The notes: generated by a model not told the origin, from the letters alone. Counted from the stretch's first letter, positions 1 through 10,959 are shown. The stretch is DNA of 33,030 nt from Octopus bimaculoides (GCF_001194135.2 NC_069000.1:22348645-22381674); one strand, 5' to 3'. Translations and numbers: made by a program.

Positions 1-1002
1 TTTTCTGGGCTTAATTACTGCTTGTCCTGTACTTTGCCAGGTTCAATACTTCGAAATATTCTAGCATCCTGCGCCTTCGTTTTTCATTCTAGTCTGCATT
101 TTTTCAAGGTAACATTTCAATTATTATAATTATTTATATTTACTTCTATATTTTTCATTCTAGTAATACTAAAAATAAGACAGAAATGTTTTAGCTTAAT
201 AGAAAGAGATTTAAAAATCAAAAATATTAAATTAAAAGAATTGCAATTAAAATCAAAAAAAAAATATATAAAAAACAAAAGAGTGCACACATTATTTGAT
301 GAACCACTCCAGAACTTTATTTTGAGCCAAATTTTCCCAAACCCCTTCAGCTTCATTTTTCTCAGCTTTTGTTTGATAGCTAGTCTCATATCTGGGAAAT
401 ATCATACTGTTTTTCTCTAATATACTGACAGTCAACATTTACCTGCCATATTGAAAGCAATAAAGGATTGTAATCATTGATAAATTTTTCAGATGATTTT
501 CTTTGAAGTCGATAAAGCTTTTTTAACACCTTTTCCATTTCTTCTTAATTTAACACTTTCATCTACAGAGAAGAAATCGAATCTTCCTTCAGCCTTAGGA
601 AAGCCAAATCAACATTTTTTTTACCACACATTTTCCTTTCCATAAATTCTCCAGCAATGACCAAACTGTAAAGAGTGGGGCTAGATACTGGACATGGCAA
701 GTCACAAGTAATATATTGTTCTATAAATTATTAAATTTTTCTGGAGAATGTTTGTTATAAATAAATGCATGATCCACCAAAATTTTCATATCAACAAGGA
801 GCCCCTCTTTGTTGATACTCTATTCTCCAAAAATAGTGTGATGTTACCACAAATTGGATTGTTTTTTGCCAAAAATACTTTATTCATTATGACTCATAAT
901 CCTTAATAAAAGCGTTCACAAACAGCAAAAACATCATTTACACACAAAGTGCTTGTTTTGACAGTTGGGATATGATTCTATAAACAAGCTTTGAAGTGCT
1001 GA
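1..1002 (-). mobile_element. Decayed Helentron/Helitron2-type Rep (HUH endonuclease) coding region, continuing past the left window edge
   Basis: Manual minus-strand translation across frameshifts gives, in canonical order: STLCVNDVFAVCERF, FLAKNNPICGNIT, HYFWRIEYQQRGAP (HUH motif 2, His residues lost), EQYITCDLPCPVSSPTLYSLV, FGFPK..FFSVDESVKLR, KLYRLQRKSSEKFINDYNPLLLSIWQVNVDCQYI, YETSYQTKAEK (YxxxYxTK motif 3) and KRRRRML. Several stops and frameshifts are present. Confidence 0.85.
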
Positions 1003-1084
1003 CTGAGTTAGTATTTTACAGAAGAAAGATTTTTAAGGCAGAATAGCTGTGAAAACAGCTTAGAAAATCAGGTAAATACCCTTA

Positions 1085-1195
1085 GAAAATGAGGAAAAAG
1101 TTGCCAGCAACTTGTTATAGAGACTTGAACCCCGTATCTCTCAAATTCTGGCTAAGCACTCTGTACCATTAAGCAAAGAGACCCCTGATATCAGA
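1085..1195 (-). mobile_element. tRNA-derived SINE head fragment inside the putative Helentron intron
   Basis: Minus strand shows A-box-like GCTTAATGG and B-box-like GGGTTCAAGTC; no complete cloverleaf. Confidence 0.4.
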
Positions 1196-1390
1196 TACCA
1201 TCTTTTATAACACTAAATATCTTAAAATGACAAAAATATTTTGATTTGTTAAAATGATCACCTTAAGGCCATGACAGAGTGGATGTTCTTGAAGCTGGGA
1301 ATCTGAACTTACGGAGATAATATTTACAGATTGCCTGAGGTAACACAACTATATCTCATGATGCAGGGAAACGGTTGCATAATCAAGTAC

Positions 1391-1523
1391 CTGCATGCCT
1401 GGAGAACTATCGTTGCATAGAAACAATTGCAGTGATTGAAAAATAAATGTCCAACCATACTCCTTCTTGACTCCAAATTTCTGCAATTATCTATTCACAC
1501 ACGACAGATGCCCAAAAGCAAAC
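1391..1523 (-). pseudogene. Putative upstream exon of the Helentron Rep
   Basis: Acceptor ctttcag| at 1524 and donor CAG|gtactt at 1390. Phase 0 joins the acceptor tactaactcag| at 1003 (..NDSSPGMQ|SALQSLF..). KEYG..F..CNDSSPG weakly resembles Rep motif 1 and lies at the expected position. One in-frame stop. Confidence 0.4.
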
Positions 1524-2100
1524 CTGAAAGTACATATAATACTAGTACTGGATAGCACAGGGCAAAATCTGAAGGTGAACAAGCTTTATACTGTACTCTA
1601 CTACATTCTTAACAGAATATACCATAATATAGTTGTAGCTTTAGAAGGTTAGTTTGTGTGATTTCTAGATCAGTATGTATTTTTAGAGTTAGATATATAA
1701 AAGGGGACATTAGTATTTAAATAATTTCAATGTCCTAATAACGACATAATTCTATGTTAATATATATATGCACACATAAACACATACATACATATATGTC
1801 CATACATTTACATGTATGTATATACATACATGCATACATAAACACACACACACACACAGTGTATGTATGTAGGCATTTGGATATAAACAAGATTATAAAG
1901 TAACAGATATAAAGCATTGAGCTAAATATTTCATTGTATTTAATTCCACACCAATCCTTCCATCTGAGATCTGAGTTCAAACCATGCCAAGTCTAATTTT
2001 GTTGTTTTCCATTTCCTTAACTATGATGCAATCAATGATGATGATGGTGTTGGGAGACATGGATAAAGGAGTATAGTCAATTCAAATGGTTGTACATACA

Positions 2101-2355
2101 TTTGAAAATCAAAGAGAAAAAAGATAACTATGGACAACTGCTTTGAAACCTCCAGCATCTATATCCAGAATACAAATTTATACTTATACCAATAATAATT
2201 GGAGCACTTGGTTTTGTAAGTAAACGCCTGACTGTTAGTCTGGATAAGCTTGGATTTTCAGGAAAAGGAAGTCAACCAACTGATCCGCACATTACAAATA
2301 CAATCTCTAAGTGGAACAGTAAAACAATGCAAGACATTTCTCAGGTTAAAAATAT
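2101..2355 (+). mobile_element. 3' end of an R4/Dong-like non-LTR retrotransposon (restriction-like endonuclease C-terminus)
   Basis: Translation LKIKEKKDNYGQLL*NLQHLYPEYKFILIPIIIGALGFVSKRL..LDKLGF, then a frameshift to VNQLIRTLQIQSLSGTVKQCKTFL. This matches the K-x-x-K-Y..P(I/V)(I/V)IGALG..GT signature of REL-clade LINE C-termini. Confidence 0.75.
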
Positions 2356-2477
2356 GAAATTGTTTTTGTTAGCTACATTCCAAAGAGTGAGCTTTGTATT
2401 TTTGTTAGAAATCAGCTTCTTCTTCAGAGGAAGTATTTATATGATTAAATACAAAAGATACGTACATATATAAATTT

Positions 2478-2892
2478 GGCTGTGGTAAGAAGCTGCTTCC
2501 CAACCACCTGGTTCAAGTTTCAACACTACTGCATGGCATCTTGAGTAAGTCTTTTCTGCTTTAGTACTGGGCTGACCAAAGCCTTGTGAGCAGATTTGGT
2601 AGGCAGAAAACAGAAAGATACCTGTCATTCGCGTGTGTAGGGGTGTGAAAGTGTCTCCTTGTCTTGACATCGCTTGTTAATTGTAAATGATTGTCCCAGC
2701 CATATATGCAGTGTCGTTCATTTTCAACATTCTGCAAGAACACATTTGGCCATGGAGAAATACTATCCTACTTCAAAGCAGGCGAGGGTTGGCAACAAGA
2801 TGGACATCTGGCCATAGAAAAATCTGCCTCAAAAAAAAAAAAACCTGCTAGCATGGAAAAGGGGATGTTAAAATGATGACAATGATGATGAT
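2478..2892 (+). mobile_element. tRNA-head SINE with RTE-type tail ending in (GAT)n
   Basis: Head GGCTGTGGTAAGAAGCTGCTTCCCAACCAC..GGTTCAAGTT, body CCAAAGCCTTGTGAG.GATTTGGTAG, tail GCTAGCATGGAAAAG..GATGTTAAAATGATGAC.. shared with other copies in the window. Confidence 0.75.
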
Positions 2893-3255
2893 ATACCCCT
2901 TATCCATACAAATTTGTTGCATTGGGACATTGAAACTAATAACTCTAAGTACACATGGAATATGTGAGTATTTGTGTGTGTGTGTATACCTCAGTGATAT
3001 TTCACCATGACAACCATAAAGGTTATGGCTGCAAGAGACAATACTCCAGGAGACCTTATCTTTGCTAAGGTTATAATAACCTTTTAGCGAAGGCCATAAA
3101 ATCAAGACTGAATGTTCAAATATACTTAGCAGCAACTACAACCACAACACCAACGACACCACCAAGGAGCATTAGGATAGAAAGTAAATTACTACAGGTA
3201 ATAATAATACCTGGCAAAATAAATAAGTGTCTAAAATCTTTCTCTTATATTCATA

Positions 3256-3287
<32 letters not shown>

Positions 3288-3699
3288 AGGTGTGGCCTAC
3301 AGGTACAATCTAGATTAGCAGAAAAATAAATAAAGTGACAGATTAGTAGGTTTAATCAAAGCAATTTGAAAAAGGGAACAGTAACTAAAGTGAATCACGA
3401 TTGTGATGATGATGATGATGATGATGATGATGACTGGCATCACCACCACCAGTATCTTCATCTGCGTTGTCATCATGTTGCTCAAGTAAACTTTCTAACA
3501 AATAGTTGCTGTCTGTTTAAAGGCTGTTAGCATTTTTCATTTTGCAAGTGCAGTGTATTAAATTAGAACTGTCCAACCACAACCTTTTCTTCAACAGCGC
3601 AATCCCTAGATACAACTTGCATCAACAGTAGCAGCACCAAACGCTACCACTGCCACCACCACCACCATCAGTACTGACACCATAATCACCACCACTCAC

Positions 3700-3735
3700 C
3701 AGGTAATATTCATAGTGCATTCTTAATTTTGATTC
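3700..3735 (-). CDS. Candidate 36-nt coding exon (ESKLRMHYEYYL), product unknown
   Basis: Acceptor tgcaag| downstream of a long pyrimidine tract, donor CTG|gtgagt, open in phase 0-0. No homology recognised. Confidence 0.25.
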
Positions 3736-4404
3736 CTTGCAGCAATTTTCATTAAATTGGTCAAACCAAATGAGTGGGGAGAAAGAGAAAGAGAGAGGGG
3801 GGAGGGGGAGGAGGTAAGTGTAATTAAATGGTTCAAACCGCTCAATACATGTTGGTACTACTACATTACATCATGATCTTTGAATCTTTTGAAGATAGAA
3901 ATTCTTGATGATGATGATGATGATGATGGAAAGGATAAAAGAGAAAACAACAAAAACTGTAACAAGAACACAAAATACCAATCAATGAATCAACAAAATC
4001 AATCAAACCAAACAAATGACAGTGTGTGACTACTACCACCACCACCACCACCACTTTAATAGTAAGGGTCTATTAAGTCCTGTGGGGTTAAGGGCCTGTG
4101 TATAGCTTTCATTTCATTTGGTTTTGTGATGTTATAAGAATGATAGATAATTTTTTCCATACTGTTCCTCATCTTCCATATCCCTGACAAAACACCTTGT
4201 TCAATCCCCCACCGCCCCAACCCTTTGGTACTACATCCTATCCACCCCCATGTCTCCTCTACAGGTTTCAAACAATCTCATCTACATTAATCTCAATGAC
4301 ATGGTACAGGAGAAGGAACTGCTTTCTCTGCCTCTCCTTTCAGTAATTTTCTTTCTTTCTTTTCTTTTTTTTAAATTCCATGTGATACAGTATCTATATC
4401 TCAC

Positions 4405-4469
4405 AGGAATTTTGATGAACTGAGGTAATGTAGAGTAAATTGTATTAGATCCAGAACCAAAATAAACAC
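4405..4469 (-). CDS. Candidate coding exon (GVYFGSGSNTIYSTLPQFIKIP), product unknown
   Basis: Acceptor tcttcacatag|, donor CCT|gtgaga, phase 1-0. Phase-compatible with 6391-6432 and 3700-3735, but overlaps a competing plus-strand microexon candidate. Confidence 0.25.
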
Positions 4470-4754
4470 CTATGTGAAGATACAACGCTATCATACATAT
4501 ATATATATATATATATATGTGTTGTCAGTGTACATGTTCCAAGGAAATGTATTGTGGATTGAACAACAATTATTTATATTCATGTGTCTGAACCATGCAT
4601 GGTTGAAACAATCATGATGAAGGAATAACAGTAATACCAACACATCCAATCTTGGACTTAAATATATATATATATCAATCATCATCATCATCGTTTAACA
4701 CCCGCTTTCCATGCTAGCATGGGTTGGACGATTTGACTGAGGACTGGCAAGCCG

Positions 4755-5153
4755 CGCAGGAGTGAATGTGTTAAGTAGCTTGCTTGCCTACCACATGGTT
4801 CCAGTTTCAGTCCCACTGCATGGCACCTTGGGCTGGTGTCTTCTACTATAGCCTTGGGCTGACCAAAGCTTTGTGAGTGGATTTAGTAGATGGAAACTGA
4901 AAGAAGCCTGTCATATATGTATGTATGTATGTATGTAAGTGTGTGTGTATATGTTTATGTGTCGGTGTTTGTCCCCACATCGCTTGACAACTGATGCTGG
5001 TGTGCTTACATCCCTAAAACTTAGCGATTCAGCAAAAGTACATGATAGAATAATACTAGGCTTACAAAGAATAAGTCCTGGGGTCGATTTGCTTGACTAA
5101 AGGCGGTGCTCCAGCATGGCTGCAGTCAAATGACTGAAACAAATAAAAGAATA
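4755..5153 (+). mobile_element. tRNA-head SINE, composite full-length copy
   Basis: Head ..GGTTCCAGTTTCAGTCCCACTGCATGGCACCTTGGG, central (TATG)n/(TG)n, tail GGCGGTGCTCCAGCATGGCTGCAGTCAAATGACTGAAAC-AAAGA. Confidence 0.85.
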
Positions 5154-5156
5154 TTA

Positions 5157-5790
5157 TATTCTTTTATTCTTTTACTCGTTTTAGTCATTTGACTGCAGCC
5201 ATGCTGGAGCAGCACTCTGAAAGGTTTTTAGTTGAACAAATTGACCCCAGGTCTTATTTCTTAAGCCTAGCACTTATTCTATCAGTCTCTTTTGCTGAAC
5301 TACTTAAGATACAGGGATGTAAACACACCAACATGAGTTATCAAGTGGTTATAAGAGGACAAACACAGACACACATATATATATTGACTGAGTCAGATAG
5401 AATTTGTTGAGGCAGACTTTATACAACCTAATGCCATTCCTTTTATCCTCACCTGTTTCCAAGCAAGGTAATATTCCCCACAACCAGACACATTTCATGG
5501 AATATTGGAAACAGAGGACAACACTTGCATGATGGTAACATTTGTTAACAACTATTACATGAAGAGATAACAACACGCATACACACACATACATTTACAT
5601 GTATATCTAAATGTATACAATGGGCTTCTTTCAATTTCCATCCACCAAATCCATGCACACGGCTTTTGGAGGCCCAGGGTTATAGTAGAAGATACTTACC
5701 TGAGGGGCCCACATAGTGGGACTGAACACAACACCATGTGATTTGGGGAAAACATCTTATCATTACACATCTAAGCCTATGCATATTCAT
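5157..5790 (-). mobile_element. Inverted composite SINE, tail-to-tail with 4755-5153, containing an RTE-tail-like module
   Basis: TCATTTGACTGCAGCCATGCTGGAGCA is the reverse complement of the preceding tail; the head module is reversed at about 5620-5790. Confidence 0.8.
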
Positions 5791-6390
5791 TTAATAGTAA
5801 CCCTAGTAACACACAGGTATATATTGAAAACATGATTACATTGCAATTTTACTTTGTTTGTATCTTATAAACAACATACTTATTTGAAATAATTAAGTGT
5901 AAGAAAGTAATTTGAAAAAAAAAAACAAAAAAAAAACTGTAGTATAGTCAGGTTTTCAATAATATTTTTTAAAAGAAAATCAAATTATTCCTACACGCAC
6001 ACATATATATATATATTTATATATATATACAGAAAGAGAGAGATACCCATACACATATATAGATACACACACAAATATATATTTGTGTGTGCATATGTGT
6101 GCGTATTTATGTGGTTTTACAATTCAGTTTAATTAAAAATAATTGAAAATCATGTTAATATTCACAATTTTAGAATTTTTTTTTTTTTTTGATTATTTCA
6201 TTTCTCTAAACTTTCTTCATTCAGGAAATTAAAATAAAACAAAATTCTAGAAAGATAAAAAAGCCTAAATTCATTGCTTACCATTTTTATGTAAGTAGCA
6301 TATACTTATATTTGCTGTGTTGGCAACGTTTCCTTTTAATGCATTCAACATAATGACTGCCAACCCACTTGGTCCATCCCATCACCTCAC

Positions 6391-6432
6391 CTAATGTCTT
6401 GACACTACAGCATCTTGATAAATAATCAACAT
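6391..6432 (-). CDS. Candidate 42-nt coding exon (xVDYLSRCCSVKTL), product unknown
   Basis: Strong acceptor tttattttccccaag|, donor TAG|gtgagg, phase 1-1. Confidence 0.25.
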   Translation of the reverse strand: MLIIYQDAVVSRH

Positions 6433-6554
6433 CTTGGGGAAAATAAATAGATTCATATAAGGTGGCTGTGTGGTTGAAAAGTGTGCTTCTCAAGTATGTG
6501 GTCTTGGGTTCAGCCCCATTGCATGACACCTTATTACATTATTATGTATCCCAT

Positions 6555-6800
6555 AGAACGGCTGACTGCCAGGGCACCACTGGTGACTTTGTGACCAGAC
6601 TCCTCCACCTGTCTATCTTCTGCCTCTCACACTGCGTCTCTCATCTTTATGCTTGTCCACTCACAGATGCTGTTTTTCCACCTTTCTCTGCCTGCCTCTG
6701 TGTCTGCTACCTTTGACTGTTCCCTGAAGGATTGTTCTGGCCATCTCTGATGAGCAGGTGACATACCCAACCCATCTGAGCTGGTGTTTCTTTACTGTTG
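6555..6800 (+). mobile_element. Penelope-like element 3' relic (ORF C-terminus plus pseudo-LTR with degenerate hammerhead)
   Basis: IFCLS(T)LR..YACPL resembles the PLE terminus IF.L.TL.P.GLN. It is followed by a pyrimidine-rich stretch and CCATCT-CTGATGAG..CTGAGCTGG, with the GAAAC half lost. Confidence 0.5.
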
Positions 6801-6889
6801 TAAGAAGTTCCTCGTAGAGCCCTATTGCCTGCCTTATTCTTTGTGAGTAGTCTTGGTAGACAGAAACTGGAAGAAGCTCACTATAAATC

Positions 6890-7255
6890 TTTTATCTTGT
6901 TTTAGTCATTGGACTGTGGCCATGCTGGGGCACCACTTTGAAAGGTTTTTTTGTTGAATGAACTGACTGCAATTCTTTTTTTTTTAAAGCTTGTTCTATT
7001 GATTTCTTTTACTGAACTAAGTTACAGGGACATGCACAAACCAACACCAGTTGTCAAGCAGTAGTGGGGGACAAACAGACACAAAGACTCACACACATGT
7101 ATGATGGGCTTCTTTTAGTTTCCGTCTACCAAATCCACTCACAAGGTTTTGGTTGACCTGAAGCTACAGTAGAAAATACTTGCCCAAAGTTCCATGCTGT
7201 GAAGCTGAACCCAAAACCATGTGGTTGGGAAGCAAGTTTCTTACCAAAGCCACGC
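6890..7255 (-). mobile_element. Composite tRNA-head SINE (reverse)
   Basis: GTCATTGGACTGTGGCCATGCTGG tail module and TTTCCGTCTACCAAATCCACTCACAAGG body module, same family as 14677-15067. Confidence 0.8.
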
Positions 7256-7279
7256 CATATATATAATATACCCCCTTCC

Positions 7280-7500
7280 CACACACACAAGTCTGTATGT
7301 GTGTGTGCCCTTGTAATGGTTGTAAATGAACGTCATTGTCACACACTGTTTGCTTCCAGTCTGGCTGAGGGAAAAATATTCTATTGCTTGGAAACAGGAG
7401 AAGGCTAGCAACAGGAAAGACATCTAGCTGTATGAAATCTGCCTCAAGAAATTCCATCTGACTCATGCAATCTTGGTAAAATGGGTGTTAAATGATGAAG
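7280..7500 (+). mobile_element. SINE/RTE-tail module
   Basis: Similar to 2660-2890 (GTAAATGA..CAACAGGAAAG.CATCT.GC..GAAATCTGCCTCAA..GATGTTAAATGATGA). Confidence 0.6.
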
Positions 7501-7711
7501 CTGAAGATAGGAAAATATCTTCCTTTCCATAAAGAAAAAAAAGAGAAGAGGCATATTTGAAAGCAGTTTATGTTACATGAAAGTTAAAAGCCACTATTAA
7601 AATGTCCCTCAGTTACTGAAATTATCAGCTCTAATGTAGCAAAACCTACGATCAAAGTCGTTCTATGATGTTCCCCCACCCCAACGGATATAATAATATT
7701 GGCCACATGGC

Positions 7712-7928
7712 TAACTTTAACAATCACATTATTTTGTCAAATGTAATAATTATTCATGTTGTTTTAAATCAATCATGCATTATCTCTCAGTTTTGAGAGT
7801 TTGATGATGTAATTGTTTATTTTTAGAATGACATTATAGAGTTGGTGTGAGAGGCCAGATCTGGCCAATTTGAGCATAAAATGGGTAGAATATATTGGCC
7901 GGATATGGCTGGTTTAAATGTTAAAGGG
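7712..7928 (+). mobile_element. piggyBac-type MITE (CCCTTT/AAAGGG termini), degraded left end
   Basis: Internal sequence shared with 8250-8428 and 12060-12278; ends AAATGTTAAAGGG. Confidence 0.65.
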
Positions 7929-8249
7929 TCAAGTGGTTCAATTTGCAAACCCTGCATGGTATTTTGAGCAAATGTCCTTTGTCATAACTTTGAGCAGAGC
8001 AAAAGCTTTGTAAGTAATATACATAAATTATGAGGCAGCCTATCAGATGGGACTTTGCAATTCAAATGGCCACACTTTTTGTCCCTGTAAATTATATTAC
8101 AGGGATACATTGTATGTGGAATACTCAGCCTGCTAAATGAAAGAGCAGTTAATTCAATTTATCAAACGATTGGAATCCATAATCAGAACTAAAAGAGATC
8201 TTAACGAATGAGTCATTTTTAAAAAAAGACAGTAAAGGTGCGATTTTAA

Positions 8250-8428
8250 CCTTTTGGCATTCAGATTACCCTACCAAATGTAATGCTTATTTATTCACAT
8301 AATTTGGAATTAAGCATAAAATATCTTGTAGCTTCAAGATTTCGATGATGTGATTTCTTTATTTTTAAAATTACATTGTAGGGTAGATAGTTAGGAGGCT
8401 GGATCTGACCAGTTTGAATGCTAAAGGG
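8250..8428 (+). mobile_element. piggyBac-type MITE with TTAA target duplication
   Basis: TTAA|CCTTTTGGCATTCA ... TGAATGCTAAAGGG|TTAA: terminal inverted repeats flanked by TTAA at 8246-8249 and 8429-8432. Confidence 0.75.
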
Positions 8429-8588
8429 TTAAGGGAGATTTGGCTGCTATTTCTAGCAGATCAACTGACTACTTAGAAGCTTCTTCAGTGGCTGTGTGTG
8501 AGTATCCTTCAGTTAATTCATTAGTATAGAACTATTTTGGATTTTGGATACACCGTTTTGTTGTCAAGAGTATTGATGTTTTGCATGT

Positions 8589-8680
8589 TCATTCATAGAT
8601 GCAGGCATGGCTGGTCATGGGATGCATCACTTCTTTGGCATCCAGCCATAGAATGTCTGCCTCATCAAATTCCATGTCAT
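8589..8680 (-). CDS. Candidate terminal coding exon (xDMEFDEADILWLDAKEVMHPMTSHACIYE*), product unknown
   Basis: Acceptor ttttcatgctcacacag|; protein-like open frame ending TGA at 8591-8589; unique non-repeat sequence. An alternative frame, MTWNLMRQTFYGWMPKK*, is also open. Confidence 0.5.
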
Positions 8681-8864
8681 CTGTGTGAGCATGAAAAAGT
8701 CAACATTAAAACAATGATGATAATGATTTATTTTAAAATTTGATTGCATCAATTTATTTTCAATGACGTATATATTAAATATACAACCAATGTAGGGTGA
8801 TGAATGAAAGCCAATGTGCATATAAATAACATTCTTTTTTATTATCACTGTCACTTCACTGAAC

Positions 8865-8966
8865 ATTGGGCTTCTGGATATGACAAGTTCTTGCCTATAA
8901 TGTCTGCTAATTCCTCACAAGGTATGTCTTTTAAGAACATAATTGTTTGTTTTTTTAAATCCCAAA
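8865..8966 (-). CDS. Candidate internal coding exon (xWDLKKQTIMFLKDIPCEELADIIGKNLSYPEAQ), product unknown
   Basis: Acceptor tgttttctacatag|, only one open frame. The phase-1 donor T|gttcag is weak; an alternative phase-0 donor TCA|gtgaag lies at 8859. Confidence 0.5.
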
Positions 8967-8999
8967 CTATGTAGAAAACATGGCTGGCGGTGACTGCTA

Positions 9000-10177
9000 C
9001 AGGGTGTCCAGGCTAAATTTGGTGATTTTTTTGTGTCTCCTTTTTAAGAAACAGCTTAGCTTGAAGTATTGCTGAACTGTCAATGGCAGTGGAGAGCATA
9101 AAGGTTACAGTTGTAGTTGAGAGAAATGTAGCTGACATGGAGGACTGGAAGCCACCTAAATATTGGAAAAAAGTTACCTGTATTATGGTGATTTCTGACA
9201 GGTATCAAAAATACTGACATCACGACTGTTGCTCAATGTTCTATGAACACTGTAAAGGCTGCAAAATGTGACATGGATGTTACGGAAATTAAGGACTCTC
9301 AAAATGTGTTAGTTTTGGGGTGTGTCTCCAGTGAGGGTGATGCCATGCCACGACACATCATTGAACAGGGCCTTAGGTACAATCCAGATGGCTATGTGAA
9401 GGTGCTGGAGACTGTGGTCAAACCCTGGCTGGAGTGAGTGGCTACTAGAAGGTCATATGTGTGGCAGTAAGATCTGGCTCCTTGCCATACCTCTAGAAAG
9501 AGTCAGAAGAAATTAGGAGGCTAGACATTGAGATTTCACCAGCTCCAATGTCTAGCCTCCTAATTCTTTGAGATTGTAATCTCATGGATTACTATGCACA
9601 GGGAGTGGTTGAAAAAACAAAAAACACCAACTGTTCTGCTTGCAACATCCAGGCTGAACTGGTGTCCAGGATCAAGATGTTCAAAGATCTCTCCAGAAAC
9701 ATAATGAGGAATACATGTGCTAGGTCTTGGAGCCAGCTTGAAGCCGTGTTGGAAGTTGAGTGGGGGTTACTTTGAGTAACCTGTTATCTCCCAACTATAA
9801 TCTAATTCAGTGGTTCCCAAAGTGGGTGGTGGTAGGGGGCATTGACAAACGGTGGGACAATAATGGGGTAGGCAAAAGGGGGCAATAGATGTAAAAAAAA
9901 CCACCCAAATAGTGGATTAATTAGGTTAAGTTTTATCTATGAAATACAGTTGTTTTGAATTTGCTGCAGAAAGTGGTCTATGTTTGTAATGGTGAGTGAG
10001 GGGGTGGTGCTAGGAATATGGCCTGGGTGCCAAGGAGGGGTAGCCTGAAAAAGTTTGGGAACCATCGATCTGGTTGATCTTTTTTGATTTAATAAAATAC
10101 TTTTATTTTTTTATGGGATATTGTGTTTTCTTTTCGATTTCTGCAAGCTGGCAAAGTTATCCTGAACACTCACTCTG
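9000..10177 (+). mobile_element. Internally deleted maT/DD37D-type (Tc1/mariner superfamily) transposon
   Basis: TA|CAGGGTGTCCAGGCTAAATTTG ... CAAAGTTATCCTGAACACTCACTCTG|TA. Relic transposase 9137-9779: MEDWKPPKYWK..NTDITTVAQCS, deletion, VLGCVSSEGDAMP..VKVLETVVKPW..WQ*DLAPCHTS..PPNS.DCNLMDYY..LEAVLE.EGGYFE*. Confidence 0.9.
9808..10067 (+). mobile_element. hAT (Charlie-like) MITE nested in the maT element
   Basis: TIRs CAGTGGTTCCCAAA / TTTGGGAACCATCG; 8-bp flanks ATCTAATT (9800-9807) and ATCTGGTT (10068-10075) match at 6 of 8 positions. Confidence 0.8.
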
Positions 10178-10895
10178 TACATATCATGAAGAATAAGGTG
10201 TCAACTGCCTAATACACATTAATATAACAACAATTACTTATGCAATTACATGAATGGGAAACAGCTTTTATTAAAAATATATTTGTATGCCTACTTAAGT
10301 TTATTATGTAATAATTATAATAATTACTGCAATGGTGATAATGATATGATGATTATGAGGTGAGAAAGTCAGAACTGTCAGTAATCAGGTTGGTCAGTAT
10401 CTAGGCCAGTTGAGTTGATAAATGTAGATGCTATGATTAATTGCACAGGTAATAGCTCAGCTGTTGATACATATTGTGTGTGTGTATGTGTGTGTGTGAA
10501 GATATGTACAGCTAAAGAACGTTGCACATCATTGAAGGAAGCAACAGATTTTATGAGTCAATGAGGGAGCTTCCATATTATCACCTGATCTGACAGAAGT
10601 AACAGCTACACTGCCTTCAAATTCTTCTTCAGAGAAAACAGGGAAGGTCACATTGAACAGAAATATGCACAAGTGGATAGAAAGAAAGGAAGACATTACA
10701 CATACAAAACAAACATACCTACATGTTCACACATATCAAAAAGAGAGCGAGAGGGGGGAAGGAAGGGAAAGAATGAAAAAAAAACATTAAAATGCCTGAT
10801 GTCAAATACATCTGCGTTGAATCAGCGACACCAAATAGGCAGCACTAAAATGGCTGTTCCAAAAACATCTCACACCTACATTGGTATATACTCAC

Positions 10896-10959
10896 AAGAA
10901 ATATGGGGATAGTTGAAATGTCTTTGTCCACTGTCCACTGGATAAGAATTAATCTGAAG
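10896..10959 (-). CDS. Candidate internal coding exon (LQINSYPVDSGQRHFNYPHIS), product unknown
   Basis: Branch-like CTAAC, acceptor ttattttgtttag|, donor TT|gtgagt. The phase 0-1 reading joins 8966 as ..YPHIS-F-WDLKKQ; a second frame, FRLILIQWTVDKDISTIPIFL, is also open. Confidence 0.35.

Noticed and set aside
1-108. Plus-strand open frame ending at AAG|gtaaca
   Set aside because: It lies antisense to the Helentron Rep relic, which explains the sequence better.
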